Counted from the first letter of the stretch, positions 1 to 13,809 are shown. The stretch is DNA of 64,000 nt from Octopus sinensis (GCF_006345805.1 NC_043016.1:28458001-28522000), one strand, 5' to 3'. Made by a program: numbers and translations. The notes: a model not told the origin generated them from the sequence alone.

Positions 1-720
1 GAATTGTAGATCCTAAACAATGGAAATGTTCCAGCAATGAAGGGTTTAGCTAGATGGTGAGGTGAAGTCAGAGTAGTTGAGATATATATTTTGTAGTTTA
101 GTATATTGGTAATGTAAGACATAAGTACATATTACACCTGTAGTGCAGCAGTAGTTATGTTTATATAAGACATAAGTATAGGTAGTGGTTGTTGTATAGC
201 AGCAATAATGTTATATAAGACATACATATAGTTTAGTATCTGAATGCAATAGTGCATTCTCACCCATTTTAGTGTAATGCTAAGGGAAGTAAGTCAAATA
301 GAATAAGAGGTAAAAAGTTGTGATGATGGTGGAGAGAGGAAAAAGAGAAGAAATTTAAGGGAGAAGGAAAATATTAAGACATTGCAAAATTTGCTATGTC
401 ACTGCATTGTTAGTTACTTCATTATTTTATCTCTCTCTCTCTCTCTCTGCATTTGTTTGTATTTTTTTTTTAGTTGTGTCTGAGTATATAAATAATTTCA
501 CAACAAGAATGGAAAAATTCTAAGATCCTCTGTTTATAGATGTAAATCTCTATATTTTTTGTATGTCAGTGTTTGTGCATGTGAATATTAATATGTATAT
601 AACGGCTATGCAGGTGTCCAGGTGTAACTTGTAGATCCAGTCATGTCAAGTACATTTTGTAAATATCATGTGATTGAAATTATAATGATACTGCTCTATA
701 TTTTAGAGATGAGGAATTCT

Positions 721-963
721 GTACATTATTTATATTATTTACATTGGACAGATATGTGTCCTCATCTTGTTTGTTGTTACCACAATGTTTTGGCTGATTT
801 ACTCTCCAGCCTTCACCAGGTATCCTGGTGGAATTTTGAACCCAACCTTGGGTTCTCATTCCTGAGGTATTTTTTGATGTCATTATTATTATTTATTCAA
901 GGCACTGCCTGGAATTGAACTCAGAATCTTGGGGTTAGTAGCTTACACTCTTAACCACTATGT
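721..963 (-). mobile_element. tRNA-headed SINE-like element with degenerate hammerhead motif (copy 1)
   Basis: On the minus strand: partial A-box (..TAGTGG), B-box-like GAGTTCAATTCC, then CTGGTGA-A-GGCTG-N10-CAGCC-AAAA-CATT-GTG. Inverted copy of 1018-1280. Confidence 0.8.
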
Positions 964-1017
964 TGTTTGCCATGGACACATAGTGTAGTGGTTAAGAGCA
1001 CAGGTTACTAACCCCAT

Positions 1018-1280
1018 GGGCATATAGTGTAGTGGTTAAGAGTGTAAGCTACTAACCCCAAGATTCTGAGTTCAATTCCAGGCAGTGTCTTGAATAAATA
1101 ATAACATCAAAAAATACCTTAGGAATGAGAACTCAGCGTTGTGTTCAAAATTTCACTAGGATACCTGATGAAGGCTGGAGAAAATATCAGCCAAAATGTT
1201 AGCTGAAGTCCCTGCAGCTAACAACAAACAAAATGAGGACACATATCCATCCAATGTAAATAATAATATAAATGTATCTT
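1018..1280 (+). mobile_element. tRNA-headed SINE-like element with degenerate hammerhead motif (copy 2)
   Basis: A-box TAGTGTAGTGG, B-box-like GAGTTCAATTCC; CTGATGA at 1165-1171, GGCTG/CAGCC stem, AAAA at 1193-1196 in place of GAAA. A third, truncated head lies at about 975-1016. Confidence 0.8.
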
Positions 1281-1859
1281 ACATCAGTCCTGTATAAATA
1301 CCAGCTTGGTGTCAGATGTGAATGAAACCACCAAAAGCTGCAGTATGAAAAGGGTTTTAAAAAAAAAACTTTACTGCATTGTCCAGTGCTTAAGTTAACA
1401 AGGGACGCATTTGAACCTTACGTGGAGGGATTCATTTGAAAAATATATTGCTGGTACCATCACCATTAAGTTGCAACTTGTTCTGGGAGACATGAAGTGA
1501 AAAGAAAGGGTTTTGTGAAACATATCCAGGAGAGAACAACCATTAGTAATTGGGAGTTGGGCTGTCATAATCCTTACAGGTAAAGAGCAGGAACTAGTGG
1601 AGGAGGCCAACTGCTACTGGTTAGATAAAATCAGTGTCTTTTCTTCAAGTTTCTCTGGCTCTTGTAATTTGGATCTGGATGGAAGGTAGAAATTCACTGT
1701 GTGGTGCCACCTATGTTGGCGCAATGGGAATGGGGGATACAGACAAGCCCCTGTTTGACTGTGGGAGGGTTTGCCTACTGAAGCTTAGACTGAAGAATGG
1801 ACTACTGTGGCTGTTGCAAGGCTCTATATTTAGAGCCTTGCAACTATAGAGCCTTCCTT

Positions 1860-4210
1860 GGTGAAGTCCCTACAGCTTTAGATGTAGGTAACACTGAGTC
1901 ATTTGTCCTATAAGAAAACTTCAATGCACACCAATCAATAGACATGGAAAGGAGTTATTGAGAAGAATGGTGACCCTGGACATAATGTGAACAGAAAATC
2001 CTTAATAGACTTTTGTGCTGGAAATGGGCTGATATAGGGATACTTTGGGACAGAGGTCACTGATAGGTTTTGTTATCATCCTGGACCTCTTTGATTCTGT
2101 ACTGGATATTTGTGTGAAGAGAGGATTTGAGCTATTACCACTTAGTTGTCTGCAACCTGAGAATACCTACAGTGGGGAGAACTCACAAAACTGGCAAGTT
2201 CACTGTGACTTGTATGATGAAGTAGGAAGCCCTGGCAGATGATGGGATCAGTAACAAATATGTGGACACTATTGTATCTGAATTCAAAGACTTCCTGAAC
2301 AAATTGAGGATGTCAATTGTACATTACTGTGGACAATAGTATCTTGGTGTAGCACTAGGTGGGAAAAGAACTCTCTGGTTTAATCGGGAAGTTAAGAATG
2401 CCATGCAAGCAAAGGAAGCTTGCAAAAGTTGGCTTGGAAACAGGTCTCCCCTTCTACACATGCAGTATGCTAAGAGGTAATAAAGACTTCCAGGACTAAG
2501 TAATGGGAGGAGTCTGGGGTTATGCTGGATTCTGACTTTTAAAGTATTCCAGCAGGCTATCCATTGACTTAGCAGTCATAATAAAAAAATTTTGTGGGCA
2601 CAAGATGCATCTAGGAATGAAGAATAACCTTACAGAGGCTGAAGTAATAGAGGTACAAATGTAGTAAGGCTGCTGGAGAGGTTGAGATTCAGCCTGAAAT
2701 ATTAAGTCCTCTCTGGTAGATTTGTGTATGCCAGGTGTCTTGGACCTCTGGAAAGAAACCAAAGTAATGACAGTCCAGTGTGATAATCCTAATTTTAAAA
2801 AGGGAGATGAGAGAGTGCTCTTACTATAGAGGAATCCCCTTGTCAATCCCCTTTAAAGTCTATGCTAGATGTCTAAGAAAGAGGGGTAGAGAAATTGTTG
2901 GGCTGAAACTTGCTGAGGAACAGTGTGGCTTCTGTCCTGGACACAGTGCAATTAACCAGATATTCACTTGATAGCAAGTCTTTGTGAAATCATGTGAATA
3001 TCGCCAAGAGATGTATCCTTGGTTAGTAGACCTTGAAAAGGCATATGACCACATGCTACAGGACATGCTGTGGAGAGTTTCTGAAGTTTGGAATTAATGA
3101 GGAATTTCTGCTTGCTGTAAAGGCTCTATATGGATGCCCAGATGTCTGTGTTTGGGTAAATGGTACCTTTTAAGGTGGCGAGCTGGCAGAAACGTTAGCA
3201 TGCCGGGCGAAATGCGTAGCCGTATTTCGTCTGCCGTTACGTTCTGAGTTCAAACTCCGCCGAGGTTGACTTTGCTTTTCATCCTTTTGGGGTCGATTAA
3301 AAAAGTACCAGTTACGCACTGGGGTTGATATAATCGACTTAATCCGTGTGTTTGTCCTCTCTGTGTTTAGCCCCTTGTGGGTAGTAAAGAAATAGGTACC
3401 TTTTAAGTTGGGTGCTGGACTTTGGCAGGAGTGTATATTGTCATCTCTCCTCTTCATAATTTTAGAGACTGGATTGACATGTGCAGCTGTTCTGAAAATG
3501 GTATCACAATAGGTAGGTGTAGGATTGGTTGGCTGATGGTGCTACTTGACTCATCTGAAAATGATCTCCAGCTTACACTGGAAGGGTTTGCTGCCAAGTG
3601 TTACAAAGCAAGGATGAAAATTAGTATTGTGAGGCAAGTGGACAAGTTTAGGTATCTCAGGACTGTATTCACAAGTGATAGGAAACAGGAGGTGGAATTG
3701 AATGCTTGAATTGCAGTGCTAGCACAATAATGCACTAGCTCCAGTATTCACTCCTCAGAAAAGGAGAGGTTGGTTACCCCCCACCCCACCCAATTTACTA
3801 TCTTTTAATTCAGTTTTCATGCTTATTTTCACATATGGTCATGAATATAATCAAAATGCAGTTCCTGCAAAGGATCTCTGGGTTAATGTTATTTGGCCAG
3901 GTGCATAACTCGGAGATCAAGGAGTCTCTCCAGGTTGAGCTGTTACTTCTCTACATTGAGAGAACACAGCTCCAGTAACACGGACATGTGGCCTAGAATG
4001 CTGCAGGAAAGGATTGCAAGACAGATTCTCCAAGCCTAGCCAAATGATAGGAGACCTTAGGGTAGGCAAAGAGTAAGACAGTTGGATAATATCTATAGTA
4101 TTGGTTGGTCAAGCCTAGAAATCTAACCAAAAAGGGTAATGTTGGTTGCTTCTGCTAGGAGCCTACGAAAAGGTACCTGAGGACTTTAACCTTCTCAACT
4201 CTCCCAGGAA
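1860..4210 (+). mobile_element. Decayed RTE-clade (Rex3-like) LINE, endonuclease to RT/C-terminus
   Basis: Remnants of FNAH and NGL (endonuclease), YRGIPLSIPFKVYARCL, EEQCGFCPG, VDLEKAYD and KFRYLRTVFTSD; many stops and frameshifts; interrupted by a SINE at 3175. Confidence 0.8.
3175..3394 (+). mobile_element. SINE family A (GGCGGCGAGCTGGCAGAA head) with 13-bp TSD
   Basis: GGTACCTTTTAAG at 3162-3174 and 3395-3407; tRNA-like head with B-box GAGTTCAAACTCC; central CTTTTCATCCTTTTGGGGTCGAT..AGTACCAG block shared by all family A copies. Confidence 0.9.
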
Positions 4211-6547
4211 TAGCTGGCAGAGAAAATGGATGGTTGGATAAATATATCGGATTATATTTCAGTTTATTTAGTCTTTTAATATTCCTTTTGTCTTCTACCA
4301 GTTATTAGATTATAGCCATGCTGCAGCACTACCTTTGTGGGTGGTCAAGCAGATTGGTCTTCGTAAATATTTAAAACATTTTGTACTTAATTTATTAATG
4401 TAAGTTTGTTGAACTGCTGTATTACAGTAAGTCACCAACATCACCTGTTTTAAGTGACATAAGTGTAAACACATTCATACATTGTTTCTCTATCTAATTT
4501 CACTCAAGGCTATAGTAAAGGACACTTACCCAAGATGCTATGTAGAGGGACCAAACTCAGAAGTAAATGGCTACAAAGCAAACTTTTTGACTGTACACCC
4601 ATAATTGCACCTATATTACAGAGATTTTTTTTGAGAATCGGCAGTGAGCTGTGGGTTCTCTTTGTTCAATGGGACTGAGGGTACAATTCTAGCCATATGA
4701 ACTTTTCTCTGATATGAAAATAAAGATGCAATATAACATGAAGATTTGTTAAAGTTTTACCAATGTAATCATACAGTAGAATATTATTATAGCTAGATTA
4801 TTTCTTTGTGATAGTTAAGACTGTTTACTTTACTGGCCTAGTGAAAACTAAAGATATGAAGTGATTAATGTATGAGAAAGAATTTAAAGATGTTGCCTCT
4901 TAAGACTGCTCATTCACTACTACCTACGTGGACTTTTACATTATCAAATGCCTCAAACAAAATACAATTTCAAAAAAAAAAAAATGTATATATATATTTC
5001 ATGGTTCTCCTAAACTTCCAGCCATCCTACAGTTTTTGAAATAAGTGAAATTTCTACAGGTACTGCTAGTATCAATATTAATGTTATATAGAGCAGGCAC
5101 ATATAGAACCTATAGTATATCAATAGTAATTTATATACAATGTGGATACAGATAGTATCTATAATATAGATCCAGGATTACCAAGGGCAAGTGTCCTCTC
5201 ACCTTAGTCTCCAACATTCTAGTACCATTTGAGAATAAGGCCAGTCATTTTGGTCATTCTTGTCATTTCCATTCAATTTTCTGCAAATTTACTAAAGTGT
5301 CTCCATCTTTTCCCTCACCTTCAAGTGGAACTTGGGATAGCTGAGCTCCTGGCCAAAGAGAATAATGTCTGTCTTTAATCCTTTCAGTCTTGTCTTTATA
5401 CAATCTCATAGCCAAAAGGAAAATAGCATGGCATTTCTCATGATATACTCAGTAATTCTTCGACATTGAATAAATGCACACAATAGTTTTATGACCTTTA
5501 CCTATCTGGATAGACTTAGTTTGGTAGCACTAACATTAGTAAATAGAATTTTCCCAAACTGGCAATCACCTTCTCTTACTCTCATAGCACTGTCATGCAA
5601 GGGGTTTCTAAAAGTTCTTTTGAGTTGATATTTGCTGAATCCTTGAGTTTTCTGAGAATGTCATAGCTCTTGCCCACTGCTACCCTCTATAGAATGTAAA
5701 ATTTCACATACTACCAACCACATTGAGTGATAAAGGGCTGTGAGTATCTGACTATATTTTAGATACCAAGCATCAAGTCTTAGTCTTCACTTGACTGTAG
5801 TTATGCTAAAGGTGTAATGAGAAAATAACGGTAACACTCATTAATGTATAAGAATCTCTGCAAATAGAGAGTATTCTTGTGAATCATCAACCATAGCAGG
5901 CAGTAAGTACTGGTATCTAAGGCGAAATTACAGCCAATCAAATAAATCTTTATTACAAAGAGCAAAAGATCAGATGCTTTAATTTTAAGTGGTGTTTGCT
6001 ACCTCTGCTTCACTTTCCTCTTAATCCATTTTTTAATGAAACTGGTTACTCTACTTGTCTCAACTCCAGTCCTGAAGGTCTGGCCTAAACCAAATCTAAA
6101 ATCTCTTGATATGGCCTTTGGAAGAACAACTTAGAATACTAGCCAGCAAGGACCTGCCTCTCCAGGCGCTAGGCTGCTAGCCCACTAACATGTCCTGGCT
6201 AATACATGCTCCTTTTACCACTTCATATTAATAATAGAAGTTTGTTGGAGACCTAGCATTTCAGGCTGGTATTTATTATGTAAATACAATGTTACAGAAC
6301 ACTGAGCTAATAAGCTATTGTTAGCTATTGAAGACTGTTGTCATTGTGAGGAAGACTTTATTATATATGTGATAATAATTGTCCTATTTTTGTTTTCACA
6401 TGAAAAGCCTTCAACTGAAATCTAACACTATCTGTAACAAAATTTATGTGATTTATCTAGTTGTAAGCAGGAAGATGTTTATGTTTTATAAACTGTCTCC
6501 AGAAGTTTATTTCCTCTAAACTGTATTTATTTCTTATTCCTCCTCCT

Positions 6548-6995
6548 CCTCATCGTTTAACGTCCGCTTTCCATGCTAGCATGGGTTGGACGATTTGACT
6601 GAGGTCTGGCAAACCAGATGGCTGCACCAGACTCCAATCTGATCTGGCAGAGTTTCTATAGCTGGATGCCCTTCCTAACGCTAACCACTCCAAGAGTGTA
6701 GTTGGTGCTTTTACGTGCCACTGGCACGAGGGCCAGTCAGGTGGTACTGGCAACGGCCACGCTCAAATGGTGCTTTTTATGTGCCACCTGCACAGGATCC
6801 AGTCCAGTGGCACCGGCAACGACCTCACTCGAATGTCTTTTCACGTGCCATCAGCACAAGTGCCAATAAGGCGACACAGGTAACGATCACACTCAAATAG
6901 TGCTTTTTACATGCCACCGGCACGGAGGTCAGTTTGTTGCTCTGGCAACGATCACGCTTGTATGGTACTCTTAGCGCTCCACTGGCATGGATGCT
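6548..6995 (-). mobile_element. (GAT)n-tailed RTE 3'-end element (5'-truncated LINE or partner SINE)
   Basis: Ends (minus strand) in CCATGCTAGCATGGAAAGCGGACGTTAAACGATGAG; contains TTAGGAAGGGCATCCAGC and GGCAC..AAAAGCAC units, the same 3' end as the RTE at 46130-46860. Confidence 0.85.
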
Positions 6996-8126
6996 AAATT
7001 ATTAAATGTATTGTAAATATATCAAAACTAATTTCTAATGTGTTCTCTTAATTTATGGAAACTAAGCAACATTTTTGATCGATTTAACTGCCGGACCAAA
7101 AAAAGAATCATGTTGGTAAAATATTGATTGTACTGAAAACATATTTCTTTTGACTTGGACAAAAAGTTTTCATTTTGCAGGAACGGCAGATGGCCACTCA
7201 TTTTGAAGCTCATTTTGCAACCACATGTTTTTAAGTTCAGTTCCACCGCACAAATGTCTTAGGCCCCAGACTGACTAATACCCTATGAGTGAATTTGGCG
7301 GACAGAAACTGCGTAGTAGGCTGTTATTTGTGTCATCATCATCATCATCGTTGTTGTCATTTAATATTCATTTTCCTTGCTGGCATGGATTGGCTAGTTT
7401 GATAGCTGACAAGCCAGAGAGGTGCACCAGGTTCCAATTGTCTGTTTTAGCAAGGTTTCTATAGCTGGATGCCCTTCCTAACACCAACTAAGTGTTTTTT
7501 TTATATGGTACCAGTACAGGTGTTCTTTATCTGGCACCAGTGCTGGTGTATGTGTGTATATATGTGTGTGTGTATATATATGTGTGTGTGTATATATATA
7601 CATGTGTGTGTATATATATGTGTGTGTGTGTGTGTTTGCATTTGTCACTCACCCTCTACTTGACAACTGGTGTTGGTTTCTTTACAGACCCTCTAACCTA
7701 GTATTTTGGTAAAAGAGAGCAACAATAAGTACCAGACTTAAAATTAAGGACTGGTATTCATTTATTTGACTAAAACACTTCGAGGTGGTGCTTCAATGTG
7801 GGTGCAAACCATTGCAATGACTGAAACAAGTAAAGATTGGTAGAAGATAGTATATTAATGTTACTTTTGATGAATAGAAGACAACTTTGAACCTATAAAG
7901 GAACAAGTGATTCAGTTCATAATCTCATTGTTGTAGCATTACTGTAAATAATGTTCCAATTTCTTACTGAAGAATGATTTTGGAAAGATTAGTGAAACTA
8001 CGTCATTTAGTCCAATTTGTACAATGTAAATTATGATAATTTGTCTTTCAGTGATGAGTGAAATTGATTTCTATTGTTAAAAGAATAAGTGTTTTATATG
8101 TTTTTAAGTTTAAATAGGTTTACTGT

Positions 8127-8725
8127 GCAGGCATGGCTGTGTGGTAGGCAGTTTGCTTCCAAACCACATGGTTACGGGTTCAGTTCCATTGTGTTGCATG
8201 TTGGGCAAGTAATTTGTAATATAGCCCTGGGTTAACCAAAGCTTCATGAGTGGATTCAGTAGGCAGAAACTGAAAGGCGGTGAGCTGGCAGAAACGTTAG
8301 CATGCCAGGCGAAATGCTTAGTGGTATTTCGTCTGTCTTTACGCTCTGAGTTCAAATTCCACAGAGGTTGACTTTGCCTTTCATCCTTTCGGGGGTTCGA
8401 TTAAATAAGTACCAGTTACGCACTGGAGTCGATATAATCGACTTAATCCATTTGTCTGTCCTTGTTTGTCCCCTCTCTGTGTAGCCCTTGTGGGCAGTAA
8501 AGAAATAAGAAACCGAAAGAAACCTATCCTGTGTATGTCTTTGTGTTTTTTCTCACCACTGCTTCACAACAGCTTTTGGTTTATTTCCCTGAACTTAGCA
8601 GTTTAGCAAAAAGAGACCAGACTTAAAAATAAATAAGTACTGGGATCAAATTCTTCAACTAAAGTCCTTCAAGATGGTGCCACAGTGTAGTTGCTATTCA
8701 GTGACAGAAACAAGTAAAGGATATA
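8127..8725 (+). mobile_element. SINE family B (GGCTGTGTGGTAAG head) interrupted by a family A copy
   Basis: Head 8127-8276; body resumes after 8519 and ends in the family tail GACAGAAACAAGTAAAGG. Confidence 0.8.
8277..8507 (+). mobile_element. SINE family A nested in family B, 12-bp TSD
   Basis: AGAAACTGAAAG (8265-8276) and AGAAACCGAAAG (8508-8519), one mismatch; close in sequence to 3175-3394. Confidence 0.88.
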
Positions 8726-10359
8726 AAATAAATGTTAAGTGAAAAGTTGTTTAATCCCCATTGGGTTCTGAATAAGCAAACATATGATTAGACATTTCAG
8801 TCATCATCATTCCATGACATTGCACCCAACACTACATTTTCAGTTGTAACCTTCATTTCTGAGGTGGTAGGGTGTGATTTAAGAGAAAAAACTCCCTTGC
8901 TCATTTGAATGGTGTTGAATTGGTGGCAGGAAAAATTGTATAGTCTTTTAGGCCTGACAAATGGCTTTGTACGCACAGAGTATAGAGAGGAAAGGGGAGG
9001 TGAGCAGACAAAATGTTACATTACTAGTCTGCGCTGTTGATGCCAGCATAGAAAATGGACATTATTACAGGGAACTGGTGATTGCTTGGAATTATTTTAT
9101 GAAAAATTTTAATTTGAAACAATTACTTCCATTTGTAAGAGCTCTTACCCTGATCTTTCTATCTATCTGTCTGTCTGTCTGTACACATGTAATATATATA
9201 AAGCTATATCTATGTATATATATATTAGAATGGTGACAGCAAGATAGATCAAGGATAGAAATATTTTGATAAAATATTTCATTTCACTGTTAATTGATTA
9301 AGATTTGGCTGTGCATTTATTTGCAAAAAGAAAAAAAAAAGAAAAGGAAAAATAGCTTTAATTGAATATTGAATTATGTAAGACTTTTTGAGATAGTTAA
9401 TTAACCTGGAAAAATATTGATGTGAAAGTTACATTAAAAAACAAAATGTAACGACCCATCAAAACTAGTTAATACCCTAATCAGTTGCTACAAAATCAAT
9501 ATAAAAAAAATGCGTTCGTTATTTATAGGAGCTATTTTTAATGTTTTAATCCGGCTACACATGAGGTCTTGCTAATCTAATTAGTGTTGTGTAAATATTG
9601 CACAAAAGTTGGTGTGTAGGGGAGTAAGAGGGTGATTAAATTGTTATTTTGGCTGGTTGTTGTTGTTTAATGCAGGTCATTTCTGATTGAGCAGATCTAG
9701 GTTGTCGATTGAAGAAGTAGATGTGACTTACAGATGTATTGTTCTAGATATGCCATGACTGTACTTTTTAGGAGAACATTACGGTAAAGTCTGACCTGTG
9801 TACTCTATCATATAGGATGCAGTGTGGCTGTCTAAACACATTGTACTACCTCTACTGTCCGGTTGTATTTCATTTGGTGAATGTCACAGTGGGAGCGAGG
9901 GAGATGGACTTGGTCAGAACATGCCAGTTGTTGTTCTGCACTCTTTATTGATGAAGTGCTTCCTAGAACAGTGATTGGGGTTAATGTCTTTATTAATACC
10001 GAGTGTATTTTTTGCATTTGTTTAGACTTAGTGGGAGACATAATATTTTAAAGATGATACTGTAGTATTATTCTGGGGCATTGTAGGTGTCGGATTTTGA
10101 TGTGACTATATATTCTAATATGAGGACTGTCAGGGTTGAAGTTTGTTATGGCAACAAATTGTGCTTCAGTGTGTCAAAGGCTACATGGTGGCTTCACTAG
10201 TGCTGGTGCCATGAAAAATGGGAAAAAAGCACTTGGTGCACACTGTGAAGTAGTTGGCATTAGGAAGTGCATCCAGTTGTAGAAGCCATGTCAAAGCAGA
10301 CACTGGAGCATGAGACAGACTTTGAATCCATGTCAGCATGTAACACTACATCTGATTCC

Positions 10360-11377
10360 TCTTACACCTAGTTTTTCTCTACACATATTTGTATTTTGAT
10401 GTTCATGCACACTTACAATGCACATCCAGCAGAAGGTACTAGTTTCATTTTTTACCCTGTCTTCCTAAGGCAGCTGCCTTACTAATGTACAGCATTGCAA
10501 TTGTAATTTTTTCCAACCTTTTTTCACCTTGGCTGCTATACTTTCAGTGCAACCATCTCCTTGGTAACAAAAGCTACATATTGCAAGCCATCTGAGCATT
10601 TACAAGAATCTTTTCCCAGTGTACTCATAGTATGTTGTGCTCCAGTGAACTATCACATAGGAAAGTGTACATTCTTGGATAGTCTGCTTGTGATTCCACT
10701 ACACACCATGTGTGTCTATAGCTTACATTAGGTACAATGTGTGGAGTTTATACCTACTTTTCAGTTTATCAAGCAAGGCTTTTTCCATCAAGAAACCAGG
10801 GTCCTGTCTTCTTTCCTACTTACTAAAACCATAATCTATGCTAAGTTTATCTTGAGGCCTCTCACAATTCTGTGTTTTGCTTTCATGTCTGAAATTTCCT
10901 CTCTGTTAAACTATGAGAACTAGATTATCAGCATATAGGAGTTCCCAAGGACAGCTAGTCTTAAACTCCTCTGCAATGGACTATAGGACTTTGATGAATA
11001 GGAGTGAATTGAGAACTTAGCCTTGATGGGCTCCAACCTTCACACCAAACTTCTCACTGAAGTCATTGATGGCTCTCACTTTAATTACTGTGCCTTTATA
11101 AATGGCTTGTACAGTTTTCACAAGCCATTTATCAATACCCAGTTTCTTTAGTGACCACCAAATTGCTGTATGTGATACCTTGTCAAACGCATCTACATTA
11201 ACAAAGTCTAGGAATAATGATTTACTCCTAGCTAAGTATTTCTCTTACCTCGCTAAGATATGAAATCACACTGCATCTCTTCTAGATTCATCCCAGTAGT
11301 TCCTAACCTTTTCACTACCAAGGACCCTTTTATTTAAATGAGTTTTCAAACGGAGCCCTTTTAATATGCTTATCCTT

Positions 11378-11433
<56 letters not shown>

Positions 11434-11950
11434 TTAGAATTTAGTTCATAGACCCTAAATACTACCTTGCCAACCACCAGGGGTCTGCAGACTACAGGTT
11501 GGGAACCACTGGTTATCCTATCATGATTTGTGTTGTGACTTTCATAACCTGATCCAGTTTGTTTGATTTCTCTGTAGCTTCTTCTCTCTCTGGTGCATCT
11601 CTTTTGCCTTTGTAGCAGTTTATTATGAAACTGCTTTGCCAATCCAGGTAGTTATCATATCCTCACCAGATATTTTGAGCATCTCACACTTCTGATTCTT
11701 GTGTTTATAACATGTGAAAATTTCTCCCCTTTTGTTTCCTTAACCAAGTATACCCATCATGTTGCTTTTCTAGCCATTTGATAAATACTCCCTCTTAGCA
11801 TTTTTCTAGGTTTTTTTCCAAACTTGTTACTTAGCTTTTAGTTCCCTATCAACTATCATTCCATTTTGTTAAGAGGGTTGTTGTTGTGTTGGGGACATGG
11901 AATGGTTTGAATACTGGCATCCTAGTAAACCATCAACTTATTCAAACTCA
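10360..11950 (-). mobile_element. Decayed RTE-type LINE RT fragment
   Basis: Minus-strand remnants resembling GVHQGSVLSPLLF and the Cys-rich insert seen intact at 45304-45435; interrupted by the MITE at 11294. Confidence 0.6.
11294..11511. mobile_element. hAT (Charlie-like) MITE with internal (AT)n
   Basis: TIRs CAGTAGTTCCTAACC / GGTTGGGAACCACTG match the CAGTGGTTCCCAACC type; flanks ATTCATCC and GTTATCC give only a degenerate TSD. Confidence 0.7.
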
Positions 11951-12221
11951 TTTTATTAATGGCATATCATAGAATGGATTCCTTTCAGTTAGCTTTCTGG
12001 TTAAATTTTTTGTTGTTTCCAGGCATGCCTTTAACCTGCAAATGGGATACACAAAGTATTAAAAATTGTCACAATAGGAAAATCTTGCTAATAAGGCGTT
12101 AACCATCTTAACTATTTATTTCTATTTTTCTTTTGAAATACATTACTTTTGAACAAAATTTTGTACACAATGAAGAATTTAGTAAACTCATGAAAATAAC
12201 TTTGTAATTATTAAGCTTTAT

Positions 12222-12582
12222 AGGTACAGGTGTGGCTGTGTGGTAAGAAGCTTATTTCCCAACCACATGGTTCTTAGTTCAGTCCCATTGCATGGCACCT
12301 TGGGCAAGTGTCTTAGCCTCAAGCTGACCAAAGCCTTGTGAGTGGATTTGGTAGACTGAAACTGAAAGAAGTCTGTCATATATTTGTGTGTGTGTCTTTG
12401 TGTCTGTGTTTGTCCCCCCACCTCTACTCAACAACTAGTGTTGGTGTGTTTACATCCCCATAACTTAGCAGTTCAGCAAAAGAGATCAATAGAATATGTA
12501 CTATGCTTAAAAAGATAAGTCCTGGGGTCAATTTGTTCAACTAAAACCCTAGCTGCTGTCAAATTTCTCAAACAAGTAAAGG
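12222..12582 (+). mobile_element. SINE family B
   Basis: Head AGGTACAGGTGTGGCTGTGTGGTAAG, GGCACCTTGGGCAAGTGTC block, CCCATAACTTAGCAGTTCAGCAAAAGAGA block, ACAAGTAAAGG tail. Confidence 0.85.
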
Positions 12583-12841
12583 ATGTTTGGAACAATTTTA
12601 CTTGTAATTTTAATGGAAGGTTGTAATTTAGACCACTTTAAAACACAAAGTTTGTAACATAGGACCAAAAGTGGTCTCAGGTGGGTTGGAATCAAAAGAG
12701 TTAAAACCAAGCCTTCCAAAAAGTAAAAACATAATCTCATAACACCTCACCTGCTCTATGCTCTCTTACTATTACTACTATGGACTTTTATTTTTAGTTC
12801 TTGATATTTACCTGCTGTGTCTTCTGCACTCCATTACTTTT

Positions 12842-12888
<47 letters not shown>

Positions 12889-13573
12889 CTCTCTCACATA
12901 CACAGTCCTGTGCCAAGCATTAATCACATTTGGCTCTTTCATTTTAAGAACCACCGCTGGAACTGTCTCTTCAACAATTGTCTTTCGTGCACCCATGTTA
13001 ACTGCACCAGCCTCATTTATTCACTTACCAGACCTCAAGTCATGTAACCACCACCACCACCACCACCATCACTATATTGAAGAAAACAAAAATGTTTGAC
13101 AGAGATAAAATTGAGACTACTGTAATAATTTCAGCCAATGAAATAACATCTTTGTAGCCATTCAGGCTGCTAGAAATAGCAGTCAAATCTCCTTTAAATT
13201 ATAGCCCTCCCTTCCATCTTAAAAGTAAGGGCACGTGGCCTCATGTAATCCTTGATATACTATGTTTAAAAACAAATATATGAAATGGTCATGGCTGGGA
13301 TACTTTTTGATCATTAGCCTGCTTGATCTTGACTGACTTGGTGCTAAACAACAATCAACATTGATGATTAGGGAAATATTTTAAAGACAAACACTTTTTT
13401 TTTTTATTATTGTTTGATTTTATATTTATTGTGAAAGCAAATTTGATAAAAATAAAAAAAAAACTTTTTTCTTTCTTTTTACTCTTTCTTGGAATTTTTC
13501 TGAGAAAACTAGAATATATTTCATTTTATCAGTATTGATCAACAAACAATTCTTTTGCTGAAATTATAAACAA

Positions 13574-13748
13574 AGGCGTAGGAGTGGCTGTGTGGTAAGT
13601 AGCTTGCTTATGAGCCACATGGTTCCGGGTTCAGTGCCACTGCGTGGCACCTCGGGCAAATGTCTTCTATGGCCTTGGCCGACCAAAGCCTTGTGAGTGG
13701 ATTGGTAGATGGAAACAGAAAGAAGCCCATCATATATATGTATGTATA

Positions 13749-13809
<61 letters not shown>

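Noticed and set aside
1018-1090. Possible genuine tRNA gene
   Set aside because: No closing acceptor stem, poor anticodon stem, and it continues into a repeat body; a SINE head.
5200-5700. Possible decayed transposon coding remnant
   Set aside because: No motif I could name with confidence.
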